A DNA stretch of 64,000 nucleotides, filler included, from Perkinsus olseni (lineage: Eukaryota): NCBI GenBank assembly GCA_013115125.1. It is 5 parts of 5 records of this genome, joined end to end, with 100 filler letters (N's around TTAATTAATTAA, not from the genome) between each part and the next. Parts side by side here need not be neighbours in the genome. Positions count along the whole stretch, not along the records: positions 39,842 to 52,985 come from JABANN010000771.1; positions 53,086 to 64,000 come from JABANN010000853.1; 3 more parts are not named here. One strand, 5' to 3'. Within the stretch, counting starts at the first letter, position 1. Every line of letters starts with the position of its first letter. Of the stretch, positions 49,449-61,168 are shown piece after piece. A program made the translations under genes and the position numbers. The notes under the pieces are model-generated. The model was given only the letters and a program-made list of their open reading frames with translations. It was not told the origin of the DNA and did not search any database.

Positions 49449-52400
49449 ATGGCCTTGCCAGCAATACTATCAAATGAGGACATTGCCAAGTTCCGTACCA
49501 GTACATGTGAACGCTTTGCTACTACTGGTGAATGCCTATTCTCAAGTGACCATTATAATAACAACGGACGGTATAGTGTATAACGATGGGCTGCTGCTTA
49601 GGTAGATGCCAATACAGCCATAATATCGAGTGGAGGAGGAGATCCCCGTTGAAGTATCGGTAATAGCCATGGCTGGTTTTAGTCACTACAGCTGGCATTA
49701 CTACTTCTAGTTATGAGCCGCGCCTCTGTGATCACTATGCTGATGCAATATGCTACATAATGATGGATACTGATCCAGCCGATAGACTCGACAGTAGAAC
49801 CCAACAACAACAACAACAGCCACCTAGGAGGATGCGGTGCCGATGGTGAGTTCAATACAACTGCCACTACTAGCATAACGTCAGGCTATCATCCACTCTT
49901 GATCAGTCCCCAAGGGCGTAGCTGCCGTATGGCCCATTCCGAAGAGGAAGTACTCTTCCACCCTTGGGTATACAAGGCGATGCTCTGTGAAGATGTGTGC
50001 TGTACAAGGTGAGAACATCCGACCACTCCCGCCTACTACTGGTCACCCATTCTTAGATATTACTGCCCCTTCGCTCACAGCCCTGAGGAGATAAGAGCAT
50101 CACCGCTCAGTAACCACACCTTGTCTACCGAATTCTACCCTATCCCTTCATGTTAGGTCAAGATCAACTACGGGAATGCCTAGCGCCCTTCTTGGAGCGC
50201 GGTATCCAGCATAGACAGCAGTCGGTCTGGCGAGGGAATGCTATGCTTACAGGAGTACCTTCTTTTGCCACTGATGATGAATCACCCACTGATGATGGTG
50301 GTAATGATGGTTCGTCGAATGATGGGGCTAACAGTGGTACTGGGTCTCTGGATGATGTAGTGGATAGCATAGCCGCAGCAGCAGCGGTAGCAGCAGATAC
50401 AGTTAGTATGGGCCAATCACCGTCGGAATGCATGTGTCATAATAAAACTGCTACACGTACCACTGCAGGCATCCTCCACTCGGGGACGAGTCCCAATGTC
50501 CCCCTCAACTACCAGTACTTTCAATGAGGCGGGCTCTAGCAAGGGGTCTAGCGAGCAGGAGGCTGAGTGGGCTGATGTTATTGTACTAAGACTGCTATTA
50601 CACTCTCTCACCCTGTTCCGCCCTATATCGTGCTTCCTCTTAGGCCGATGGCCGAGTGAGAGTGTCATCATCATCAACCCTAGCGTCTGGGACACGCCGT
50701 ATTTATCGAGCACAGGAGGAGATGACCATGGATGGGACCTCCGAAGGCTCTCATGGCGACGCTGCTGGCAATAGGCTTCGTGTAAGGCTCAGTAGAATCA
50801 CGACGAGTCACAGTGTACCATGATCAGAGTCGCCAGCAGCAGCATCATCATCATTACCGTCCGTGCTTGGCGAAGATAATACCACTAGAAGGGCCTGATG
50901 AGAGGCGTGATGCAGAGGCCTTCATGGAACAGTTAGCAACAGTCTTTCCTCATCAAGTACAACGTCGCCACTACCCTAGTCGTACTGATAACCCTGTCTT
51001 GCTATTAGGTCCTGCCTCCTCACTCTCAGTCCTCCCCTCACCCAAGTGGTCCTTTCGAGGAGCCTGTAGGCTACTGCTGATGTCGATGAGTATTGAGGCC
51101 ATTGATGTATTTGTCCACTCAGGTGTATGGTCATGGGAGGTCAAGTCTACGACAGATAACCCGAGAATTGGCGTTATTGGCTCGATCACCACACCCTAAT
51201 GTCGTGCGTATATCTCATATATGTGAGGTAGTACAACTCATCGTCATCACCACTGCTCTAGTCACAGTATCCCTCTCTAGTCCTCGACTACCTATACCTC
51301 CCATCCTGCCGCTGCTGGGGCCCTGGTGGTAACCATGCCGGAGAGTGACATGTCGCTCAATGAGATGCTAGCTGGCTTCGGGGCGTCTATCGATTCTACT
51401 GGTAACAGTGGCGTTACGTGACCATGGTTCCCTACCTCCCTCTCCCCTATTCAGATCCATCCAGTACAGCTCTATCTGGGGAGATGGTCCAGATACTAGC
51501 CCGTGACCTCACTGCCGGGCTCCAAAGGATGCACGTACTCTTCCACAACCATGTATTGTGTCACCATCAGTTCACCATCACATCTCAGTTCTTCAACATT
51601 TACCATGCACGGCTGTCCGCGAGTAACGTCCTAGTGGATCTCCCTGGAGGCTGCTGCCACCACAGCGGCGGCGATGCTAGCATCACCAGAATTACTTTCA
51701 GGCTTGCGGATCACGTAATTACCTTCGGCATCACCACCATTGATCCTGCTTCATGCTCCTCATTATCGTTCCTGACAGATGAGTAAAGTGAAGCTGCTAG
51801 ATATCATGCATGATGCGAGGAATGGTTTGGCTGCTGCTGCTGCTGCTGAGTCGGGGGTTGATTCTACTGACGCTATGGTAACAACGCTACCAGAGGCTGT
51901 ACGATCGTGTAGTAAGGAGTTGATGTCTGAACCCCATGCCAAGGAAGGCTGGTACCCACCTGAGGTAGGAGCACCTACCATTGATCAACATCGATACCCT
52001 CGACTAGGTCTCGGATATGTTGCAGCAGCTGGCTGGTGATGGGAAGGTGAAAGTGGGTGAAGTCCGAGGACTCCTTGACGGAATTGATTGGTCACTGGTA
52101 AGCAACCATAACAGCAGCAGCGGCAAGCATAGCGTCGGTTCCCTATTGGAACCCCTGTCGCTAAGCTCCACCTGTAGGTTGATGTCTGGGGCCTGGGAGC
52201 TGTAGTGCTGTTTGCTATCACTGGCATGCGACCTAGACAATGGAAGCCTCGTTTGTTGGGGCCCACTGATGGGGGTAGAGGGAAGTCTTTCCCGACCACT
52301 GCTACGGGGAGTCACCCTCTCGGACGTGAACTAAATCCATTATTCCTGGTGAGTGTACTATTGTCGAATTGGCTACAAATGACCCTCTCTTAGGATTACC

Positions 52401-52860
52401 TCTCTCGATTGTTGCGGCGACGGGGATCCTTGAGGGACACCTTAGCGACGTCAGCCTGCCATCCGCTATTAAGGTCACTACTACTATAATGCTCATGTTG
52501 TGGCAGTATTAAGACCCGAGTGGTACATCTCAGAGACCCCGAATCCATCCTAGACCTCATTCGCCGGTTGCCAATCGACGATCATAACACTGATGCTGCT
52601 CCGTCTCATCGTCCAGCGGAGGCCCCAAGGGTTGGTCAGGCTGCGGTAGTCTCGGGGTGAGGGTACAAATTACAGGGGAATCACATGCTAGATACGTGGA
52701 GAATACTACCCTACCGATAGTCGGGGAGGATCCCTAGCAGCGAACATCAGAGCCGACTACCATCATCCTCATCAATTCGGCGGGGATACGCGGGTCTTCC
52801 GTGATCTATGCAAGGTGGGAACTCTCGGAATGCCGTGCTGCTGCTGCAGGGTGACTAACC
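49449..52860 (+). CDS. Tandem CCCH zinc-finger (Unkempt-like) protein fused to a degenerate protein-kinase domain; multi-exon, end approximate
   Basis: N-terminal fingers: IAKFRTSTCERF..GEC, CQYSH..WRRRSP, CRMAHSEEEVLFHPWVYKAMLC, YCPFAHSPEEIR. Kinase motifs: CLAKII, RELALLARSPHPNVVRI, YHARLSASNVLV, GWYPPE, DVWGLGAVVLFAITG. Confidence 0.7.
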
Positions 52861-52914
52861 ACAGATACCACTAAGCAGTTGTGATGATGATTATGATGGC
52901 CATGAAGATGAGCA

Positions 52915-52916
52915 TC

Positions 52917-52984
<68 letters not shown>

Positions 52985-52985
52985 C
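52915..52985. repeat. (CAA)n microsatellite at contig end
   Basis: Uninterrupted caa run up to the linker. Confidence 0.97.
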
Positions 52986-53085
52986 NNNNNNNNNNNNNNN
53001 NNNNNNNNNNNNNNNNNNNNNNNNNNNNNTTAATTAATTAANNNNNNNNNNNNNNNNNNNNNNNNNNNNNNNNNNNNNNNNNNNN
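52986..53085. other. Artificial contig linker
   Basis: 44 N + TTAATTAATTAA + 44 N. Confidence 0.98.
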
Positions 53086-53086
53086 G

Positions 53087-53314
53087 TTCGGTATTGACTA
53101 CGGTAAAGCTAACCTGATTGGTCGGATTCGTAGGCACTGCCCTTCTCTGTATGATATCCTCGACGGTGACCTCAAGACCTTCCGCTACCACATCGACGGT
53201 ACTGTGCTCTCTACTTTAGGGAATGAGGTGGCGGCCTTCGCAAGGGGTGGCAACCTGGCTGAGGAGGCCCCCGTATCTTCGATCAGTACTAAAGAGCATT
53301 CTTCAAACAGTTAA
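53087..53314 (+). CDS. 3' end of a hypothetical protein truncated by the contig start
   Basis: Open frame FGIDYGKANLIGRIRRHCPSLYDILDGDLKTFRYHIDGTV...HSSNS* with coding-like codon usage. Confidence 0.55.
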   Translation, partial: FGIDYGKANLIGRIRRHCPSLYDILDGDLKTFRYHIDGTVLSTLGNEVAAFARGGNLAEEAPVSSISTKEHSSNS

Positions 53315-53545
53315 TAGCCGTTAGTTCACGCGCGCTCGTAATCATCACTTCGTCGTCATTCTGAGGAATCAGCCTCAAGGAGCATTCCGCAGCCTCAACC
53401 GTTGTCACGGTTTGTCGGTTCACGCGCGCTCGGAGTCATCACCTTCCCAAAGGCAGTTATACGATCAGTTATAAGAGAGCAGTCTTCAGGCCAACTCAAT
53501 TACTGAGCGGCTCAGGTCACGCGCGCTCGGGGTCATCACTTCATT
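53280..53545. repeat. Three degenerate units of about 95 bp
   Basis: Core tcacgcgcgctcg..tcatcac at about 53326, 53420 and 53517. Confidence 0.7.
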
Positions 53546-53776
53546 CCTCCATGTACTGATCAGACGTATGTGGCAAAATCTTCATTTACGATGACGAGGC
53601 TTGCGGGGGTTCAACCGCAACAACACGTCATCTCTGAACTGCCGTTGTCATCATCTCAGTAAAAGTTCAATACTGATAGTTAACACGACAAGAGGCTGCT
53701 GGAAACTAAGATATCCTCTACTAATCCAACATTCAAAAAACCGAGCGGCCAGTAAGACCGAACTAATGCGACACCA

Positions 53777-55192
53777 CTACTTCACCGACTTGGCGACAGT
53801 GGAAGTGCACTTGCCAAGCATAGCAACACCGTTGCCTTCCATCAGGGCGACACGAGAGAGACCCTCACAGTTCTTATAGGAATCGACCACGAGAGGCTGG
53901 ATAGGTTCGAAAACGACTTCAGCCATCTCGTTAGACTTGAGGGCGTGGGGATCCTCCATCTTCTTACCGCCAGTCTCCTTACCAACCTTCCAGTTGATCT
54001 TGGAGAGCTTGCAAGCCGAGCGACCAGTACGAACAAAAGCGATAGGAGAATAGCCGACCTTGATCTCACCGGGGATGTCCAAGACTTGAATCTGGGCGGT
54101 GAAGGACTGGACGTGCTTGAGAGAGGTATCCTTTTTGTAGATCATAACATCACCCACACGCGGCATGTTCTCTTTGATCAGACCCTTGACGTTGAGGCCG
54201 ACATTGTCACCAGGGAGAGCTTGCTCGTGACGCTTGTGATGCATCTCGATAGTGAAGACCTTGCCCGAACAGGGAGTGGCGGGAGTGTGAGTCGGCAGGA
54301 AAATAACGTCCTCGTTGGGCTTGACGAGACCCTGCTCGATACGACCGGTGATGACATCACCGACACCTTTGATCTTGTAGATGCCGGACACGGGCATTCT
54401 CATAGGAGCGTCAGTCACTCGCTTAGGGACACTGGCAAACTTCTCCAGAGCGTCGTAAAGAGTGTCGATGTGAATGACATCCTTCGAGGTCGGCTCACGG
54501 ACGACATCAACGCCCTTCCACCAGTCCATGTTGGTGGACTTCTTGATCAGGTTGTCACCGATCCAACCGGAAATAGGGATAACAGGGACACACTTCTCGA
54601 TGAAGTCCTTCTTCCAGCCGACACGTCCAAGCATGTTCTTCATCTCATCGCGGATCTCCTCATAACGAGCCTGCTTGTATCCAGCAACGTCAGAGTCCAT
54701 CTTGTTCACGCCCACGACAAGCTGCTTGACCCCGAGCAGGTTGATGAGACGGGCATGCTGACGAGTCTGACCCTGGATCTCGCCGGCCTTGTGGTTGCCC
54801 TTAGCGATAGAAGTACCAAAGTTACCATCAGCGGGGACCATGAGGAGAGCCACGTCAGCCTGAGAGGCACCAGTGATCATATTCTTGATGAAGTCCCTAT
54901 GGCCAGGGGCATCGATAACGGTGTAGTGCCAAGTCTCGGTGAAGAACTCCTTGGTAGTGCAGGCGATGGTGACACCTCTCTCACGTTCCTCCTTCTGGCG
55001 GTCCATATAGAAGGCGAAAGCGAAGGAGGACTTGCCAAGACGATCGGCCTCTTGCTTCAGCTTCTCCATCTCTCTTTCCGAAACACCGCCGAGTTCGAAC
55101 AGCAGACGGCCAGTAGTGGTGGACTTGCCAGAGTCGACGTGTCCGCAGATCACAATCGACATATGAGTCTTCTCGCCAGGAGCAGCAGCCAT
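53777..55192 (-). CDS. EFL: Elongation factor-like GTPase (EFL), intronless
   Basis: GHVDSGKSTTTGRLLFELGG, SSFAFAFYMDRQKEERERGVTIACTTKEFFT and the GNHKAGEIQGQTRQHA insertion are EFL rather than canonical EF-1alpha signatures. Confidence 0.96.
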   Translation of the reverse strand: MAAAPGEKTHMSIVICGHVDSGKSTTTGRLLFELGGVSEREMEKLKQEADRLGKSSFAFAFYMDRQKEERERGVTIACTTKEFFTETWHYTVIDAPGHRDFIKNMITGASQADVALLMVPADGNFGTSIAKGNHKAGEIQGQTRQHARLINLLGVKQLVVGVNKMDSDVAGYKQARYEEIRDEMKNMLGRVGWKKDFIEKCVPVIPISGWIGDNLIKKSTNMDWWKGVDVVREPTSKDVIHIDTLYDALEKFASVPKRVTDAPMRMPVSGIYKIKGVGDVITGRIEQGLVKPNEDVIFLPTHTPATPCSGKVFTIEMHHKRHEQALPGDNVGLNVKGLIKENMPRVGDVMIYKKDTSLKHVQSFTAQIQVLDIPGEIKVGYSPIAFVRTGRSACKLSKINWKVGKETGGKKMEDPHALKSNEMAEVVFEPIQPLVVDSYKNCEGLSRVALMEGNGVAMLGKCTSTVAKSVK

Positions 55193-55344
55193 CGTCGAAG
55201 TTCAATTAGGAGGCGGTGAATATCGCAGTGCCGATGAGGAGATGCGTCATGAGCCCACCGAGCAAAAAGCTATGGGCGAGCGAGATTCACATGAACGATC
55301 GATCGATCAACGCACTTTGATGATGATGATGGAAGATTCCTTCG

Positions 55345-57763
55345 ATGGCCATCCACCGGCGGCTCAACGACGCTCCTCCGGCAGAGTCAGCCGACAGACA
55401 GCTGTCGTCTCGGAGGATCTATCGCCCTAGTAGGGGCGTGCTGGTCTTCCTCGGGCTCGTACTGGTCTTTGCTGTCGTGAGGAGTCTGGGGAGGCTGAGA
55501 AATACATTTGGGCGTGCTGGGGTTGAGTCTGGGGTCGCTGGGAGCGTCGAGGCCTTGGAGGGGAGCTTCCCTGTTTTCGGGGATGGTGAAAGGTTCCCCT
55601 ATGGTCGCCCGGGCGAGTATGAAAGTGTCGGACGGCAGGCAGTAGCGATGGAAGGGTGGCCTCCAACGCATGATGAAGACGAGTGAGATTTGGACTGGGA
55701 AGGGGAGCCTAGGATTGAACCGAGGACCTTTCGATAGGAAGATGGAGACGTTATCAGGTATTGCAAATCCACCACCGACGAAGAGCGGCAACAGAAGGAC
55801 TGGGTGGAGGCCAAGAGTCGTGGTGTCACCGCAGTGATGTTCACTTGCCGCCCGTAATGTTGTTATATCTGACGACCCCGTATCAGCGGCCAACCTAACA
55901 GATACTTTGACGATCAACTCATCAGCCTGTCCAATATCGCCCTCACTGCCACTTCCGATGGTGACACGAGAATGGTCATCTTCGGCGTGGCAGAGGAGAG
56001 CAAGTAGAGGACAGGCACACGTTAGACTTCTCCTCTCTCTGCAGTTTAGGACGGAGGCTCAAAGCTTGGTTGAAGCCTCAGTGTCGGTGGCAGATCACCA
56101 AGACCCCTCCCTGGACACCATGGGGGAAGGTCCTGCAATACCACAAATCCCCCAAATCATCACCGCGTGTAGTTGCTGCTGGAGTTCCGACCCGAAGAGA
56201 CCTTCCCAGACCAATCGACCAGCTCCCCTCACTGCCGGGAATGGGTCCTTGAACGAAACATTCAGATCGGCAGCGTGGCTTACCCGGACAACACCTTCCA
56301 TGTGGGGTCGCTCCTATCGAATTGGTGACTACAGCAGCTGTCGAAGGTCCACAATAATTTTCTAATACCACTCTTCGTCGACTTCCTTCTCTCGGGTCTC
56401 AACTCCTCCGACGTGCCCCATGAGCTCTGGTTGAGGGACTGGCCTTATCGAGGGAAGACTATCAAAATTTATGAACTCTTGGGCGTTTTGGTAATTTCGT
56501 GGCGCGTGACGGTTTATTCGATCCTTGCCTTGTCAGTTCCCCCGAATCCGTAAGCACTCGGAAGTGATGCCTTCTGAAGGGGCCGTCTGCGTGGCAACTC
56601 AGCTCGTCTGGCCGCAGGACAGCTCTAAGTAGTAGTGTGATGGGAGCTCCCTTGGGTGCCTACGACCCGGGTTCTATCCCCGGCAGATGTATTTATTATA
56701 ATAACGTGGCCCCCTGGGGCAACGATGCTTTTTGGAGGGGTATCGTACCCGCCTACCAACACCAAGTCTTTACCTCGTTGAGGTTGAAGTCGTATTGGAA
56801 GCCGCCAATGGACGCCAATGGGAACTCTCGTGAGGCAGTAATATTGTCATAGGCCTCCGCCGGGGATCGAACCTGGGTCTTTGCTGGTAGATATCGGTCT
56901 ACCCTCTAGTCCAACATGAAAGGCTGACCGTTGACTTCGACGTACCCTCCCAGGATTGGAGTCTTCCAGAGCGGCCGAGGATACTCTGGACGACTCGGTA
57001 GGCCGGCCCTCTCCTCAGTGACCGTCATTACCGCTGCGGTCGGGGGTAGGGAGACGACGGTGCCAAACCGTCATATTGACCGTAGAAGCATAGCCGAGCT
57101 TTCTCGTGCCTTGGAGGGATCGGGGGCGATCATCACTATGGTCTGGCCGGAGACTTTTGGTCAGTACGGCATACGGGAATGGATGGTAGTAAGGGTCAGT
57201 AGGGACGACAGCTACAGGTGTCAGAAAACTCCTCAGGAGCTCCTGCAAAAGGCTGATATCATAATGGGCCCGTTCGGGTCGGGTCTTGCAAATGTCGTTT
57301 ATATGCGGCCGGGCTCGCAGCTGGTCGACTTCGCGACCACCAATCATCCATTCAACCCCGACTTCCTCGCCATGGCACGACACTCGAGGGTCGGATATTT
57401 CTGTACAGCAGCACTGAGATCGCCGAATTTCGTGGCGCGCGACATTTTGTAGGTGCGGACGTGCGCGAGTTCCCTCGAAATGCTGATGGTGGGATAATCA
57501 TCCCGGGTGAACTGATCAGTCCTCTAGCGAGGGAAATAATGTCAAACTACGGTCTGGAAAGAGGAAGACCGCTGCCACGACTCCAGGACCCGGTGAGAGG
57601 CCGCGTCCCTCGCTGGGCAGACCGATCACTGCAGATTGATCTTTGTGATGGCGGCAGGAATGTCTTCAAGCAATGCAAGAGGCCGGCGGGGTGGCACGCC
57701 AATGCTTCGGCGTACGGCAGTGTGGTAGGCCTCGTCCGGCGCAGTGCTCTACTGTGCTGTTGA
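55345..57763 (+). CDS. Type II membrane glycosyltransferase, GT61-like; multi-exon, boundaries approximate
   Basis: N-terminal TM segment GVLVFLGLVLVFAVV; ADIIMGPFGSGLANVVYMRPGSQLVDF resembles the GT61 dvlvg.HGAGLtn..fm.pg..viE motif. Confidence 0.7.
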
Positions 57764-57989
57764 CAGATGACGCCCTTCTCGAGCTCTCGCTGTTACTACC
57801 AGCATCGAGGGGAGGAGAGGAAGTGCTACGGGACAGCTCATATCAAGAAGAAGGAATGCACCTTCAACCGTCCTCATTCGCTGTGTACTCGCTCATGATC
57901 AACCATGGATTCTCTATTTCTCGCAATGCCCTTTTCGCTTCGTTGTTAATTTGGATTCACCTCGCATCAACCTAAGATTCCCTTTCATC

Positions 57990-58913
57990 ATGTTCCGGCG
58001 GCTCTTCCCTCCTGTGTATGTAGTTGCCACCTCGACTGGGGTTGCCCCTCCTGTTAGGATACTTCGAGTCTTCCCCGACCCTGCCGACATCTTCAACCAG
58101 GATTTCCACCCGCCCCTCCCGAGTCTAGGTGACCTCTTCTCGCCCCTCGACGACGTCATGCATGCGGCCGGCAGCCTTCATCACTTCCTGCCCCTCGATG
58201 AGGCCCCCCCAGGGTTGTCGATGCATCAGCCTCGGCTGCTACTACGCGCGCATCAACTTCTCCCGCCGACCGCATTCCATACTCTTCTATCGCAGATGTC
58301 GGCGGCCTCTGTAGGAGAGTCCGCCGGCTTCCACCTGCACGTCACCAACGACTCGATCGTTATTGATGGGAAACTGCCCGGCCATCATCTTGTTGACGAG
58401 GTTGGCGCGGGGTCGACGGTCTCGGTCAGAAGATACGGTCATGGGCTGGTCATCCGAGCCAGCACAGAGAGCGGCGATACCAGACGGCTGATGCAACGTT
58501 TCTACAGACTTGGGAATGACTGCGATCTGAACGCAACACACGTTGCCTTCGACAAGGCTTCTGGGAAGCTCACCATCACCGTACCTCGGGAGGGTGGGCG
58601 GGTCGAGCGGGCCTTGACGGGTCATCACAAGAAGGCTGTTGAGGCGGCAGCCACCAACGCTCATGAGAAAAGCAGAGTTCGAGTTATCTTCGACGACCAT
58701 GGCAATGCTCATGTCTTTGTACCGGAATCTTCAGGCGGTGTTCTAGGCTTGGATGGAGACAAGCTCACACTAAAAGACGGCGAGGTGGTGCATTTACCAG
58801 TGGCAGTCGATAGAGTGTTGGACGAGCGGCGTGCAGGCAAAGACGTGCTAGAGTATGTGTTAAAGCCCAAAGATGAGCCTGAAGAGCTGCTGTCCATTAG
58901 CGAAGAACTGTAA
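57990..58913 (+). CDS. HSP20/alpha-crystallin-domain-like protein, intronless
   Basis: MQRFYRLGNDCDLNATHVAFDKASGKLTITVPR matches the ACD C-terminal F.R.f.LP..vd...A....G.L.itvP pattern. The first in-frame ATG is at 57990. Confidence 0.65.
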   Translation: MFRRLFPPVYVVATSTGVAPPVRILRVFPDPADIFNQDFHPPLPSLGDLFSPLDDVMHAAGSLHHFLPLDEAPPGLSMHQPRLLLRAHQLLPPTAFHTLLSQMSAASVGESAGFHLHVTNDSIVIDGKLPGHHLVDEVGAGSTVSVRRYGHGLVIRASTESGDTRRLMQRFYRLGNDCDLNATHVAFDKASGKLTITVPREGGRVERALTGHHKKAVEAAATNAHEKSRVRVIFDDHGNAHVFVPESSGGVLGLDGDKLTLKDGEVVHLPVAVDRVLDERRAGKDVLEYVLKPKDEPEELLSISEEL

Positions 58914-59646
58914 TGATGATGATGACGATGATACATGTATTTGACTGTCCAGTGTGTTGAGTCGCGTTGAGTAGGTGTGGGAGGGCAAGCGTCTTGTTCG
59001 ACACCGTGTCGACGACACGTCTAAGGACGATTCTCCGATAACGACCGTTGTTGCTGTTGAGGTCTAGCGCCGCGATAGCACACCGAAGCGGTCCATGCTG
59101 AGCTTGGAATCCGCCCACCGAACAGTTGCCGAACATCTTAATATCCACCATCCACGCACTGGAACATCTTTCAAGTAACTAAATACACATGACCGAAGAC
59201 ACGAAGACCTTCATGTTCATCACACGTCGACTGACGGCATGTTGAATAACTCCTAAATTTACGTAGAAGGACTGCATTTTGCTTCTTGCCTGAGACGTCG
59301 ATTGGATAATGAAAAAGCAAAGTATGTCTCCGACATCAACTTGACAACCGAGTCAAGAACGCGAACTGCTCACCACGGCAATCAACTCGAAACATCGAGT
59401 AACAGTTCCCTGTTATGAACTTTACAACTCAAGTCGTCGATAGTACATTCACCACTTTAAGTACTGCCTACCACACTACTGAATACTTAGCCAGAGAGCA
59501 AGTGCCATTATAGCGATATTCAAAAATGATCCAAATACCGGCTTATCACTGACTAGGTAAAGCAATGGGTGATGACAACAGCACTCAAACGTTCACACAT
59601 GAATTTGCTCCCGTCCTCACTAGGCCTCGGGTGGTGCTGCTGCTGT

Positions 59647-61033
<1,387 letters not shown>

Positions 61034-61168
61034 TAACAACCCCATGTCAATTGAGCAAAACAAAACACGAAGGGCTGAGAGAATTAACGAGCAATCTACC
61101 CGAAGCGAGAAGCTTCTTCTACTCTGTAGTTAATATCGAGTTGATAATGATCATGCAAAAATAGTTAC

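Noticed and set aside
1..57763. Mucin plus glycosyltransferases plus GDP-mannose synthase as a glycosylation cluster
   Set aside because: The genes lie on four different, artificially joined contigs.
61045..61065. TTTTGCTCAA upstream of beta-tubulin as a spliced-leader relic
   Set aside because: Match to the leader end TGGCTCAAG is too short and imperfect; no full leader or SL RNA gene was seen in the window.
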